From Armatimonadota bacterium (GTDB taxonomy: Bacteria > Armatimonadota > HRBIN16): a DNA stretch of 64,000 bases. The translations under genes and the position numbers were made by a program. Below the pieces are notes generated by a model that made no database searches, was not told where the DNA came from, and worked only from the letters and a program-made list of their open reading frames with translations. Positions 63,623 through 64,000 of the stretch are shown piece by piece. Location of the stretch: NCBI GenBank assembly GCA_963677485.1, contig OY781964.1, positions 448,001-512,000 of the forward strand. Direction: 5' to 3'. Position 1 is the stretch's first letter, and each line of letters opens with the position of its first letter.

Positions 63623-64000
63623 CCACGATGTCTGTGCGGCGGTTTGTAGTCCGTCCCAGGTTCGCTCCGTGTTGTCCATCCAGGCGGTGTAGAAGTATCC
63701 CAGGATCTGCCGGTTTTGATTGTTTTTGATCAGCTCGTCTGCCCAGAAACGGCAGTTGTTCTTGTCAAACCATGGCGACCCCGTGATATCAAACCCGAGT
63801 TTCAGCCAATAATCGACCGACTTCTGAATCTTTTCGTTCTCACCCGGATAGCTGTAGGCCCAGGCGCACATGATGATATCCTTCGGCACCATCTGAGCCG
63901 CCTTCTCCAGTTGGAATATGGGGGCGTTCGAAAACGGGTTGAGCGTATCGTCCCACATCATCATGCGGCACTTCGGGTCCGCCTCCGCCACGTAGTCATG
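63608..64000 (-). CDS. GH20-like glycoside hydrolase, C-terminal part; 5' end truncated by the window edge
   Basis: MMMWDDTL, PKDIIMCAWAY, GFDITGSPW and LGYFYTAW are typical GH20-like barrel end motifs. Confidence 0.65.
   Translation of the reverse strand, partial: HDYVAEADPKCRMMMWDDTLNPFSNAPIFQLEKAAQMVPKDIIMCAWAYSYPGENEKIQKSVDYWLKLGFDITGSPWFDKNNCRFWADELIKNNQNRQILGYFYTAWMDNTERTWDGLQTAAQTSWSGTR

Overview
A 64-kb bacterial chromosomal window of moderately high GC, dominated by carbohydrate catabolism. The gene content suggests Armatimonadota or a similar glycan specialist; this is an inference, since no marker gene is present. It contains two tandem DUF5722-like hydrolases, a LacI-HAD-DHS-like-PfkB operon with a perfect operator palindrome, a CUT1 sugar ABC transporter, SIS/IolB/Gfo-Idh-MocA genes, GH4, GH29, GH2, GH42-like and beta-helix enzymes, three DUF4838 proteins and four URO-D-fold proteins. 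It also holds an StsC/BtrR-like aminotransferase with an amidohydrolase, an AAC(3)-family acetyltransferase, and uvrC as the only clear housekeeping gene. AT-richer accessory inserts include a tandem array of secreted beta-propeller gene pairs (45.0-52.9 kb) whose ~90-bp 5' ends are nearly identical while the bodies diverge; one copy is frameshifted and one partner survives only as a remnant. Others are a His-rich DUF6978-like plus DUF1828-like pair (candidate defence or toxin-antitoxin module), a lone phage-type gene and an orphan MNT nucleotidyltransferase. Several unrelated REP-like palindrome families lie in intergenic regions. I found no rRNA, tRNA, CRISPR array, transposase or integrase. 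All family calls come from motif recognition by eye, not database searches.
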